From contig NC_043006.1 of the NCBI RefSeq assembly GCF_006345805.1, forward strand, positions 98,394,001-98,458,000: a DNA stretch of 64,000 bases, written 5' to 3'. The notes under the pieces were generated by a model. It worked only from the letters and a program-made list of their open reading frames with translations. It was not told the DNA's origin and made no database searches. Below, piece by piece: positions 25,926-39,403 of the stretch. The DNA is from Octopus sinensis (Eukaryota). The position numbers and the translations under genes are program-made. Numbering within the stretch: position 1 is the first letter of the stretch; each line of letters begins with the position of its first letter.

Positions 25926-28380
25926 GTTATGCAGGTATGTATGTTATCCACATTTGTGAACGTATCTTCGGCATTTAAACACTTAAATTCTTCCACAGAA
26001 GAAGGACCTTGTTTCAAAGACACAAATATTCATCTTTGGAATGTAGATAACGATTCAACGTCACATTTTAAATCTGCGACAAATATTGCATAGTGTTACT
26101 TCACGGCTTTCAGATTGGATGTGTAATGTGTGTATCAGGTTGCTGATTTCTTTTTCTGACAATTGAATCTTATCCAGACAGACAGTTACTTATCCAGGCA
26201 CACAGTTACAAAATCGTGTGCTCTAATTACTATTGGTATAAATGTAAATTTGTATTCCAGATATAGAAATTGGAAGTTTCGAAGCGGTTGTCGATTGTTA
26301 TTTTCTTTGCTTTCATTTTCAAAGAAACATTCACATCAGCCGGACAGTTGATCTTTATGACGGTATATTCTTTTTCATGTTTGACCCAAAATTTAATATC
26401 CGGTATTTTATGCTTACACTTGACATATGTTTCGAAGGAAAGAAACGTTTCACGAGGATATCTTGTGTTGGTAATTGTGTACGTATTCAGTAACTGGGAG
26501 ATTCTCTATAATTATTCCAAGACAGTCTTTTTATCGAATGGCGTTGTATATTGTATTTGCGACAAGGTCATGTCGCATAGGGAGGTAGGATGTATGTATG
26601 TATGTGTGTGCCTGCGTGCGTGAGTGTGTTGTGCTCTTTGTGTGTGTGGGTGTGTGTGCATGTATTCATGCGTGTAATTTTTCTATTTCTGTTTCCAGTC
26701 TAATGAAAGTCTGAAGACCTTGTCAGACTATATAAAATTCCGCTGATTTATGAATTAATCTTGAGGTTTTAGTAGTGTACATAAAACATTTTTTATGTCA
26801 GTATTTGAAATCGAAATACGTTCCAAGTTCTGTAAACCACTATTTGTTAAACCTGTTTACAAACTCAAACATTTGTTGGATATTTCTTCCATGTTATGTA
26901 ACTTTTTTCTTTATAGAAGACTAGCAAATTCATTTTATTTTTTCGATTCTTCCACAAAAGGACTGTTTTCAATGAAACCTAAAGCTTTTATTAACGATTA
27001 ATGTCAGAATTTTCTCCTACACGCCTGTTCAATCTCCACCAATGCGCTGCAGGTTATTAGAATTTGTATAAGAATATTGGCGGTTGTAGACTCAAAAGAC
27101 TGACAATGCATGCTAAATAGCTACAGATTCAGTTCATCACTCTCTTATGGAGTGATAGAGGAAATTTTATAAAGACTTTCCTCGTCTGAAATGATTGGCA
27201 AGGAATTATAAATAACCTCACACTGTGATAGCCAACGGACAATCGGTGCAGCTAAAGAGATAGAAACCTACAAATACTTATATATTATTCTCCGTTTATC
27301 CTACAGTTATTGACTTTCTTGGGTATAAACTGCTTATGCATAAGCAGATAAATCAGTAATAGTTAAATAGTTTTCAATGCGTTTTGTTTGTTAAGTAAAC
27401 TGCTTTAATATGTTCCACACTGACCAAGTCTAAATACCGATTAAGTATTGAGATACAATTTTGCAAATTTAGATTACAAACTAAATCATCAATGCATTAA
27501 TGTGTTAACTCCGATATCCTTCTGTAACCTAAAAGGTGGAAAATTATTGATCCATTTTTTCAGCCTGTTTTTCATCGACTGTTATGTAACTATTATAAAA
27601 AAAAAGAAAAAACGTTTGTAAAGGTATAGTAAAATCTGTTTTATTTCAAAAACATGGCAAAATTCCGTGTGCTCAATAGAGCTGAATATATTATACACAT
27701 GTTTACACACACTCACGCAATATAGAAAAACATATGCAAGATTACAAGATTAAAAAAAAAATATATATATATGCATATTCTCTTCATTGCAGCCTGTCAT
27801 TGCCTGGCTACATGAGACTACCGGTAAAATAAGTCCGCCATTATAACCTAGGTAGTCGTAGAGCAAAAAAAAAATGTCACGCATTTTAACATAGAGAACG
27901 TCACGTTCGGAATTGCAAAATATCGAATTAATCACTCATGAATTATTTTGACAACAAGCTCAACAAAATCTTGATGGCATTCATGTGAAAATGAGAGACC
28001 GAACACAAAGAAAATGCTTTATATGCAGAAATATGCGCCTCTGGTGCGTGCACACGCAAGCGGGAATTAGTGCATCTACTTGAGTGTGAGACTGTTTCAT
28101 TGCAGATGGCTGTGTATGTACACACGATTAGATGCAACGTATAAACACATTTCCATGCATAATTTCAAGAAAATGTTCAAGGTCTCTTGTCTAGAATCGT
28201 AACATTCAAAATTTGAATCAAACGTACATCATATCGAACCTCGCGTTTATGACAAGAATTTTCCAGCATCCTCATTTTTATGTTATTTGTATGTTTGTTT
28301 GTTTGTTTCCTTCTTTCATTCTCTCTTTGTTACTAAATATATATATATTGTGTGGGCGTGTATGGCTATGTATATATACT

Positions 28381-28750
28381 TATTTCTTTATTACCCATAA
28401 GGGGCTACACACAGAAGGGACAAACAAGGACAGACAAACGGATTAAGTCTATTATATTGACCCCAGTGGGTAACTGGTACTTTTTAATCGACTCCAAATA
28501 GATGAAAGGCAAAGTCGACCTCGGTGGAATTTGAGCTCAGAACGTAACGGCAGACGAAATATCTATTTCTTTTCTACCCACAACGGGCTAAAAGCAGAGA
28601 GGACAAACAAGGACAGACAAACGGATTAAGTCGATTATATCGACCCCAGTCCGTAACTGAACTTATTTAATCGACTCCAAAAAGATGAAAGGCAAAGTCG
28701 ACCTCGGCGGAATTTGAACTTAGAAGGTAATGGCAGACGAAATATCGCTA
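28381..28750 (-). mobile_element. Two tandem 5'-truncated SINE family B copies (28381-28561, 28562-28750)
   Basis: Each is the reverse complement of ATTTCGTCTGCC..GTTCAAATTCC.CCGAGGTCGACTTTGCCTTTCATC..GACTTAATCCGTTTGTCTGTCCTTGTTTGTCC..GGGTA.TAAAGAAATA. Confidence 0.85.
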
Positions 28751-29690
28751 GCTGGGTGTGGGGTTGGAGAGCAGAGGGCAGTAGAAATAGGTGTCTTGAA
28801 GCTGGCGGAGAGCTTCCGTCATGCAGAGGCCCGCGGTCCACACCACCACCGCTCCACCCCATGTCGGCCGTTTCTATAATGATGTCTGTGCGATGTCGGA
28901 ATCATCGAAGGGCCGAGAGTACGGCTGGGAAGGAAAAGCTGATGGATGTGCCTCCCAGGTTGAGGAGGAGCTGATATATACATACATATATATATATCTC
29001 CCCCTCCTCCTCTCTCTTCGCCGCGTGTCCCCCTCCTCCTTCCCTCTTCCTTGCCTATAAAACAAAATTCCTTTACACGTGGTTACCACTATTGAAAAGA
29101 CTGCCTCCACGCGCTGCTACTACACTTTCGTCCTTGCCAGCAAAAAGGCTTCTTCGTTCGTCCCCTTGTGTGGTTAATTTCCTGTATAGTATTCTTGTTA
29201 TTTTCTCTCGTTTTGTAACTAATTGTACTTTTTGTACATGTATTTTTATTTTTGCAGTTTTATTGTTTGTCTATTCCAGAAAAAAGGCTTTTTCGTTCGT
29301 CCTCTTGTTTGTTTTTGTACATGTATTTTAATTTTGCAGTCTTATTGTTACGTCTTGTTTGTGTTCGTACTCATTGTGCCCCGCTGCTTGAAATTTTATT
29401 TTAATTCTCTCGCAGGAAGGCCTATTGGATTATGTTCTGTTATGCCTTCGAAACATGCCTGACTCCTCTAGCGACAGCTGATGACGGGGGTTTTGTCTTT
29501 GTGTAACCTGTCCTGTATTTGGTTTTCGTTTTCTGTTTTCTTGTTTTTTGTTTTTTGGCTTTTTCTGTTTCTACGTCTTATTGTGATGTCCTGTACTTCC
29601 GTATAATTATTTATATATGCATGTATATATACATGTAGATGTAGGTACGTACATATATGTTTGTATGTATGCATATATTTTTATTTATCT

Positions 29691-29700
<10 letters not shown>
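28751..29700 (+). mobile_element. Unclassified retroelement 3' portion (GC-rich coding remnant plus T-rich UTR)
   Basis: GC-rich segment 28751-28975 is followed by a pyrimidine-rich UTR. Its 3' end (ATGCATGTATATATACATGTAGATGTAGGTACGTACATATATG) recurs at ~54135-54180. Confidence 0.5.
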
Positions 29701-29736
<36 letters not shown>

Positions 29737-29938
29737 ATATAAATATGAGCATACCATCAATAATCGTTTGATCAACAAAATATGTATTGCTTTTTGTTCT
29801 GAAGTGCCTGAATGAATATATATTTACTCCCAGACATAATTTTCATTTCTTTGTCCTGTAGATCTAGACATTGGTTTTCGATCTGGTCTCACCGTCGTGC
29901 CTATATATGCGTCTTTCTGTGTATGTCTGTATGTATGC

Positions 29939-30023
<85 letters not shown>

Positions 30024-30040
30024 TATTATATAATATATAT

Positions 30041-30137
<97 letters not shown>

Positions 30138-30659
30138 CATACATATACATATACATATATACATACACACATATGCATATATTTCTTAGGATAATTATGC
30201 CATTAAAAATTTGAAGAAGCACACGCACTGGTTTCATACTATTATTTTTTTTAGCAACCAACTATCCAATGGTTTAACGTTTTGATTAAATCATCAATCG
30301 TTCGTTAGCGTTCTATTTCAACATCCCTTCATCACACATCACTATCTTCTCAATGACGTACTCTCATTCTTTTAGTTCTGCTTTGCGTCTCTCTGAGAAC
30401 TAGCCTCAGGCCTATGTGTTTGCATGCGTGTGTGTACGAATATGTGCATTAGATACGTGAGTGCTTACTTATGTGCGCGCGTTCGGTTGTGTATATGTGT
30501 GCTAATACGTCTGTGTATGTGTGATGAAGTCGGTTGGTTTTTGAACGGTTAAGCGCCTGCATTTATGTTTTGAGTGTGAGCCTTCTTTGTGTGTGTTACC
30601 TTTTTTTCAGTATGTGTATCTGTTTGTGTGGTATAGCTCTTTAATTTTTTAATCGGTTA

Positions 30660-30892
30660 GGCGACGAGCTGGCAGAAACGTTAGCGCGCCGGGCGTAATG
30701 CTTAGCGGTATTTCGTCTGCCGTTACGTTCTGAGTTCAAATTCCCCCGAGGTCGACTTTGCCTTTCATCCTTTCAGGGTCGATTAAATAAGTACAGTTAG
30801 GCACTGGGGTCGATATGATCGACTTAATCCGTTTGTCTGTCCTTGTTCGTCCTCTCTGTGTTTAGCCCCTTGTGGGTAGTAAAGAAATAGGT
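30660..30892 (+). mobile_element. SINE family B, full length
   Basis: GGCGACGAGCTGGCAGAAACG (A box)...GAGTTCAAATTCC (B box), central GTCGACTTTGCCTTTCATCCTTTC.GGGTCGAT domain (resembles the Meta-type SINE domain, from memory) and an AAAGAAATAGGT end. Confidence 0.85.
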
Positions 30893-31869
30893 TAGAGCCT
30901 GTGTATGTTGCCGTGTGCTCATTTTTGTGTGCGTCTGCATGTCCGTAAGTATGCCCGTGCTCTTGTGTGTGCTTGTGTGTGTCACTGTGTATGCCATGTG
31001 TGCTTTCGTGTACATGGATTAAGGTGAGCTTCTGTGATCCCCATCGCAATACGAAGAGCAACGTCGATATCAAGTATAACGGCAACAGAAACGAAAACAA
31101 CAACAGCAACAACAACAACAAAGACAACAGCAACAACAACAGCAACACAAACCACAACGATGTCAACAACGATATTCATAGCAACCTCAACTACAATGAG
31201 AAAAATAGCGATAGTAACTTCAACAGCAGCCAAGAATCTCTCTTCTACAACCTCAGTCACGGGTCCTATGATATGACAAGAATTTTGCGCACAAACTTTC
31301 CATACAGCAAAGGGTATGCATCCCACCATACAGGAACGATACCCACGCAACACATACAAACTGTAGGCATGGATACGCGTGTGTACGAAGAGAGAACATA
31401 TGTACTCGTAGGTGGTCATATATAGCGTAGTATTGGAATGACAGCAGAATACACAGAATTTCATAAACATCACGGCCATACACACCCATGCACAAACGAA
31501 AACACAGACAAGGTTACACAATCACATACATACACACATAAACAGGTACAAGAACATGCACGCACACTTGCATAGACGCACAGAAAAATGCACACATGCA
31601 ATCATGCAAACAGAGGCCTACCTACATATAAAAATAACACGAGCTACATCGCTAAACCATTCATACAAACACATAAAAACACATGCTCAGAAGAACGTAA
31701 ACACCCAAACATACACACAGTCGCTTATGTACTCAGAAAACAACCGACTACACACACACACACATATATACACACAACTGAACGCACACCCACAAGTAAA
31801 TACTCGCACAACAACCTACATACATACAAACATAGGCATAAGATTATTTCGCAAAGTAGGCCTTGAAGA

Positions 31870-32626
31870 GCGAGAACGTGTCACTGCAGAGGTCGCGAAT
31901 AGTGACGAAAGAACTATAAAAGAGAATAATAACAACCGATTGGTTGTCACTCAGCACATTAAACCCTTGGATTGGTAGTTGACACTTAAGGGGAGAGAGT
32001 GTCACGTGACAACTTACTGGGGCTGCCTGCTGGAGCCTTGGGCGGGTATTTAAAGGGAAAAAATTGACAAGTCAGTGAGTCATCGGCTGACACTCGCTGA
32101 CACTCGCTGACGATACATCGAAGAGGTCAGGGAACCGAAGAAAGAAGAAAGAAGAAGAAATGCACCCAACACCAGAACCGAAGACACCTCCGAAGGGGTG
32201 GGGTCGCCACGTCAAAACGGTAGAGGAGTAGGGGCCGAAACCGGACGTGGTTCCTCCTGATAATGTCTTGAGCTAACTGGATCCTATAAAGGAGCTGTTT
32301 TGGTAGCAGCCCACGAAACACGGTTGTAATTCCTCCTAGAAGGAAGTGAAATGGAAACGGTGCGTTTGTTTATATTCATTTTTATTGGCAGCATAGCCAA
32401 CAATAGGCACAACAAGTTTTGTTTCAACACACGAATTCGCATCAAGAATCTTGCTAACCAAATACAAGAATGAAGTTCCAAAATATTATTGATGAATAAA
32501 ATAATTACCAGGTATGATTTAAAATCACTATAACTCAATATCTTTCCCCGGAATATAATGCACCTGTGTCTCAATTTTAATTCACTATTATTCAATATTT
32601 TCATTAGGGAAGAGACATTAGTATAG
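31870..32626 (+). mobile_element. Probable PLE 5' end / pseudo-LTR with start of ORF
   Basis: TATTTAAA..AGTCAGT promoter-like segment and a decayed hammerhead-like motif (32206-32252). The peptide METVRLFIFIF..NRHNKF..RIKNLANQ is related to the PLE N-terminal remnant at 62380-62900. Confidence 0.45.
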
Positions 32627-32683
32627 CACCAAATTCAAAATGAACGTTACTAACAGTGGTGCTAGTAGTAGTAGTACTAGTAA

Positions 32684-32717
<34 letters not shown>

Positions 32718-32984
32718 TGTAGTAGTAGTAGTAGTAGTAGTAGTAGTTGTAGTAGTAGTAGTAGTAGTAGTAGTAGTAATAGTAGTAGCCGCAGCAACAG
32801 TAGTAGTAGTTGTAGTAGTTGCCGCAGTAGTAGTAGTAGTAGTAATAGTAGTAGCAGCAGCAGCAGTAGTGGTAGTAGTAGTAGCAGCAGCAGCAGCAGT
32901 GGTAGTAGTAGTGGCAGCAGCAACAGCAGTAGTAGTAGTACTAGTAGCAGCAGCAGCAGTAGTGGTAGTAGTAGTAGTGGTAGT

Positions 32985-33044
<60 letters not shown>

Positions 33045-33045
33045 G

Positions 33046-33077
<32 letters not shown>

Positions 33078-33201
33078 GGTAGTAGTAGTAGTAGTAGTAC
33101 ATCAAACAGTCTGCAAAAAATCAAAATAAAACTGCGACCGTGGCTACCGCTGCTGCTGCTGCCGCCACTAATACTACTACTACTGCTGCTACTGCTACTA
33201 C

Positions 33202-33258
<57 letters not shown>

Positions 33259-33262
33259 CACC

Positions 33263-33328
<66 letters not shown>

Positions 33329-33549
33329 ACTACCACTACTACTACTACCACTACTACTACTACCACTACTGCTGCTGCTGCTACTAGTACTACTACTACT
33401 GCTGTTGCTGCTGCCACTACTACTACCACTGCTGCTGCTGCTGCTACTACTACTACCACTACTGCTGCTGCTGCTACTACTATTACTACTACTACTACTA
33501 CTGCGGCAACTACTACAACTACTACTACTGTTGCTGCGGCTACTACTAT

Positions 33550-33624
<75 letters not shown>

Positions 33625-33625
33625 A

Positions 33626-33656
<31 letters not shown>

Positions 33657-33713
33657 TTACTAGTACTACTACTACTAGCACCACTGTTAGTAACGTTCAT
33701 TTTGAATTTGGTG
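32627..33713. repeat. Long inverted duplication (fold-back) of an (AGT/AGC/GGT)n compound array
   Basis: Both arms begin with the unique sequence CACCAAATTCAAAATGAACGTTACTAACAGTGGTGCTAG and share the same order of variant triplets. The unpaired centre is at about 33098-33165. Confidence 0.9.
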
Positions 33714-35473
33714 TCAGAGCATTTTAGGAAATGTCCGAATCAACACCCTTACTTGGTATTCACTTTTCTGACCTGGAAAGAAGAATAAGTTGATCTTGGA
33801 GGCATTTGAAATTACAATCTAAAGAAGAGTGAAGGAATACTTCAAAGTAGATATTGATCTAATATTTAGGATAAATGTATTTTACAAACATTTTGAAACT
33901 ATATTCTTGACTTAAAATGCTCGTCGTTGTTCTTCGTAACAAAAACCGATGATGTTTCATGAAGGCCGTATTTTACCAGAATTAGTTGTCGGAAAAAGAA
34001 AATGCTATGCAATATTTAGTTGCATATATCTATGTGCTGATTTCAAACTTCGCTGAAATTAAATATACTTTTCATTCTCCTTGGATCAATCAAGATATCT
34101 ACCAAGAAATAATAGTGTCGACATAGTTGATCATCCATAACCCTTTGCATATCTGTCCTCCTTCCTATTTAAGATCGCAATATTAAACTAGTCCCTATTT
34201 ATGTTTTAACCTCAGACCGAAACTACGTTAATCTCGTTCTTAGCAAAGACGACTTAATGCTATTTCGATAAATGAAGGAATCGTGATATAAAATTCTAAA
34301 TTAAGTGAAAAGTATTCATAAATCATAATCCAAATTCTTCATTCGGTAGGAATCTAGAAAAGCTAATCAGGTAAACGATTGTATTGCAGATCCAAAGTGA
34401 CATCAAATAGCATAAATATTTAATGATTCGTAATGGAAAGCAAAATCGAATTAAGGAATCTAGAAAATAACGTTAATATCACTCTAAATTATTATTCAAA
34501 CTTTCCCAAGCGAAGTCCATAAACCACATGGAAGGATATATGATGAAGTATTCTGACATATCTAGCTTCCACCAGTATACTGTATAATAGGGTTATTATT
34601 TTCATCACACATATAATGTCCTCTATTAAATTGGATGACTATACATATTAACATTTATATCTTGAATCATCAGTTACCGATATCTACTCTGAATTTAGTA
34701 TAATCCTATACCGTTTCTAACTGTTATACATGAGTGGATTTGCATTTTATTACATATAACCATGTCACATTTCAATGGCAGGCATACAGGTATAGGTACA
34801 GAACATACCTATACACCTGGTCTCAAACTAATACATACACATGCTGTCACGTACATACATGTAAAAAGACACACTCACATAGTGACTCCCACATCGATGT
34901 AGATTCATTGATGTAATTCATCATTTTTTAAGAGGTGTTTTCCTTCCCTATTTACTGTGTAATTAATCACTCCATTTCATACGGTAGGTTAAATTTCGGC
35001 AAACTAAAATTTTAGGTTATATTTTGGTGTGTTTTCATAACGAAATAAATAAACATTGAGGTCATTTATTTTATAATAACCAGCAATAAAATTCACATAT
35101 AATATCATTTTTTCCTTGTAAACGCTCGTGTTGTTGAACAGGTTTGTTTCGGAAAATTATTACAACAAATTGTTCGGAAAAAGAAAATAATATAAAATGC
35201 TATTTATAATTATCATTCTAAAATCACCCGTCTCTAAAAAAAGAAAATGGGTAAGCTGTAAATAGTAGTGTTTAAATAAAACAATAAATACGATTTGTAT
35301 TTTTGCTTTATTTATTGAAGGAATGAGAGTGAAATATCGATTTTTCTACTTGTAGTGGCGAATACGCTATGAACTGGGTAAGAGTGTCTACAATAACACA
35401 TGTACATAAATTTATACACCCACAATTACACGCACACACCACTTTATATATATATATATATATTATATATATA

Positions 35474-35538
<65 letters not shown>

Positions 35539-37026
35539 ATATCCGCTCATGCAGTCATATATAAAGATACATACATTCAAACATTTATCTATAAACAATA
35601 ATGGAGGCTGTTGAAATCGAATGCAAACAAATTTGGTTCAATTCTTCTTCAACCCAAAGATGATATTTCTCCTTACCATGGGCCGGTATTATGCTAAAGA
35701 CATACCTCATCATGATAGGCAAAGAGCAATATTCCGGCCATTGATTGTAAAACAGAGCAACAAAAGTTTCGGCACTGCTTCTGCGTGAGGTAAGATAAAG
35801 TCCAACATACCATCATAACAATACGCAGTCAGGAAACTATGAAATTATTCAAAGCGCTTTGTTGCAATGATTTGTGGAACACTTTTCAACGCTGACGGCA
35901 TAACATTTTTGAGTTTAGGTATCAGATTTAGATAGTAACAACTAGTGATTTCACTAGTGATCGATGAGTTGAGGGTGAGAATTTGCGATTATGTACGATT
36001 ATATATAAATATAGTACCGATGTAAAGCTCAAGAATACGGGTATAATAAAATGAGGATGTAAGTATTGAACTGAGAATGTAAGGTCACGAGTAGACTACT
36101 GGACGAGTTTGAAGGATATATCTCAGAATGGTGAAGCAAAGGCCACTTCCGACAATTGAGAAAAGCAGGCACAAGGATAAAAAAATGTTGTCGCTAGAAC
36201 TTGGAGCTTAGAACGTGGAGCACGATGAATGGGTACAGAGACGTCGAATGCGGAGCAAATTCAGCCCGAGTATGTGTAACTGCTAAGATTAAGTGGTCTG
36301 ATCTTTGGCAACTGGCGCCCTTTTGCATCGATCCGCATATGGTGAGGAAGAGGGATAAGAGAAGACCTACAATGCGGATTATGAGGAGAAACGTGCTAGT
36401 TCATGTATATTCTGGTAGGGACAAGACTGCAACAGTTTTCTCCGTGCCCTGGGTGTCATCATGACGTAAAATTGATGAACAAAACTCCTGATTTAGGTGC
36501 GTTAAATCACAGCAGTACAACACGGTAGGAATTGGATGAAGACAGTCTACTCTGAAAATACCAAGACAAGACTCTTGCAGGGAATGCAGTTATGGGACAT
36601 GAGACAAATGTAATCTCTCGACGTTTCCGAAATATTCCGGAGGTGAGATATACGAATAAGGTCTCAGGGGGCAAAGGGGATAATTCTGATTGAACTGACT
36701 GTTCTTAGAATAAGAGATAAGAGATGTGACACAATTTTAGGAACTGAATGATGTTGACAGCTTTAGAAATATTATGAAACGATAGAACTAGGCATAAAGT
36801 GCAGCAGTAAATTTCCGTTGCTAACACAGGCACAAGAGCAAACCGTTAACCCAGCAGTCATGAAGCAACACGTCTGAACCGTGAACAGTAGAGCACTGTA
36901 GCTTGGGGTTGAACTACAGTAACTCTAACCTACACTTACGCTTGCCGGTTAAACATATATGACCGAATCTAATAATATCTGACATAGACGAATACAGGAA
37001 TAAGTAATATATATATATATATATAA

Positions 37027-37085
<59 letters not shown>

Positions 37086-38118
37086 CTTCTTTGTGTGTAT
37101 GTAAGTGTGTGTGCTCTTATGTGTGTGTATATGCGCGCGTGTGTCTAAAATAATGTTGTATTCGAAATTTACATAGCCGCTCTAGACTCTTTTATGATCA
37201 CATGAAATCACCTGAATAAGTTGAGACAGTATGGCAGAAATACATCCAGAGACATTAGCATTTGTAAAATGTTCTCATACCTATATTATATATTGAACTC
37301 ACAAAAATTGTCTGCTATTATTTAATTTTAGTAGTTTGGTGCAGTTAGCTTCTAACATACGAACATTTTCTTCCTAACTTATTGTAACAAAACTCTGTAC
37401 GTGTACACAATGGCATCATTAAATATTCAAAATAATAATAACGTTCGATTGTCACATGGAATGTGCTGTAAAATGATATATACAATGTATCCAGAAAATT
37501 ATTATGAAACTGAAGCTCTTTTATCTTTCTATCTTTCACAAGTGTATCGAGATATACACCGATATATGTGCTCTTGCTAGAGAAGAAGCAAATTTAACAT
37601 TTCATTTTTATGAGTATGCTTGCGTGAGCAACTGACTTAGTACGGGTAGGCGTGTATGTGTGTGTGTGTGTGTGCGCACGCACGCATGTGTTTGTGCGTG
37701 TGCAAAGTCATATTTCACAAACGATAGTCTAACAAATTCTACCCCTCAATATATTCTGCTCATATGCAGATATAACATTTCCATTCCCACCTAACATAAG
37801 TTTTCAAAAATATTCAGTATTTTCATATGTAGCCTATCACGTAACAATACACGGTGGACGGCAACATTTGGCTTCTATATATATATAAATATAAAGATAG
37901 AGAGCTTAAGTATATCCATTCATATGTTTATATATATATAATTTTTGTATTTGGTTTGCTTAATGTATTTCGTTTATGTAATTACCCCCTCTAGACACGA
38001 CGATACATAGATACATACATACTTATACACATGAGTGTGTGCGCGTGTGTGAGTGTATGCATGTATGAATCGTTGTGTCTAGTAAGTCATTACGTAAACG
38101 AAATACATTATGCAAACC

Positions 38119-38152
<34 letters not shown>

Positions 38153-39203
38153 AAATATATGTACACACACACATATTTATATTTATTAATATACGCATAT
38201 TTATGTATGTATGTATATATATATATAGGTGTGCGTGCGTCTGTGTGTGTGTATTGCGTATTTGTTGTTCGGGGCATGCGTGCGGCTGTGCTCAGCCGTC
38301 AAAGAAACAGACAATTCAATTCTGCATGTTTACACATTCTCACTTGCAACACTTTCTCTTGTGTTTTAAATACATAACTATTGCAATTTGAATCTTTTTG
38401 CAACTGTCTACCGATTACAGTTATATATATATTTTTGCACTTCCATTCCTTTGGGCTAAAATACAAATTTCCCAACGCATAAAATCTATAGTTGCTTATT
38501 GGCCAACTTTCTTGTGTCAGGCAATGTCACCTCAAAACTTTTAGCTAATGTTCAAGTGTAAGGAATATACATTTTCCACCAATAATTAAATCACTTTTCA
38601 TATAAAATTACAAAATGAAATAGAAATTCCGATTTCGATTTCCTTAACATTATACTCCCCTTGACATCATAGAGATAGGAAGTTTTGGAAAGCGCCTAAT
38701 TTTCAATAATTGTAGTGTTTAAGTTTAAATCAGAATTTCCTTATTTGGTGTAATGATATACAGTAAATGTACATACAGAAAATAATCAACAAGTTTGTAA
38801 TAAGTGGGTGTACTGTAGTTAGGGTGTCCATCTATTTACATTTATGTGCAATTTTGGCAAAAGACGATTCTCAACTGACGGGTAAAATTATGAATGCAAG
38901 GTTTCACATGACCTCACGAAAGTTTTCCTTTCATATTAGAAAAAGGAGTTGGATGTTAATCTATATTTGCAAAACAATATAAAAACCGTAATATATAACA
39001 TTCAAATAAAGTTAAAAATGCAGTTAAATATTTCCAATGCGTAGTTCTTTTCTAGTCCTCATGTGCATGTACATCGGAGTCTACTCTATGTATGTATGTA
39101 TTTATGCATGCATATGTGTGTGTATTTATGTAGGTATATTTGTATGTATGCATGTATGTATGTGTGTATATATATATATATACTATATATATATATATAT
39201 ATG

Positions 39204-39235
<32 letters not shown>

Positions 39236-39300
39236 GTGTGTGTATGTGTTTGTGTGTTTGTGTGTATATATATATAGGTATATATATATGTATATATATA

Positions 39301-39387
<87 letters not shown>

Positions 39388-39403
39388 GTGTATATATATA
39401 AAA

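Noticed and set aside
29400-29510. Hammerhead in GAAAC...CTGATGA order (also 53975-54020)
   Set aside because: In both copies the hairpin after CTGANGA is followed by TGT, not GAAA, and the stems do not close
30967-31521. 152-179 aa Asn-rich ORFs
   Set aside because: Built on a degenerate (AAC)n tract, open on both strands, with no splice or homology support
32618-33788. Long 360-382 aa poly-Ser/Leu ORFs
   Set aside because: Stop-free translations of the (AGT/ACT)n inverted repeat; no codon or domain evidence
35660-35795. Candidate exon ending in GAG|GTAAGA (also GAAG|GTAAGT at ~42885)
   Set aside because: Weak acceptors, in-frame stop or very short frame, and no recognisable protein
36050-36700. 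Possible LTR/gag remnant with TGGCGCCC
   Set aside because: The PBS-like match stops after 8 nt, no LTR pair is found and peptide similarity is too weak
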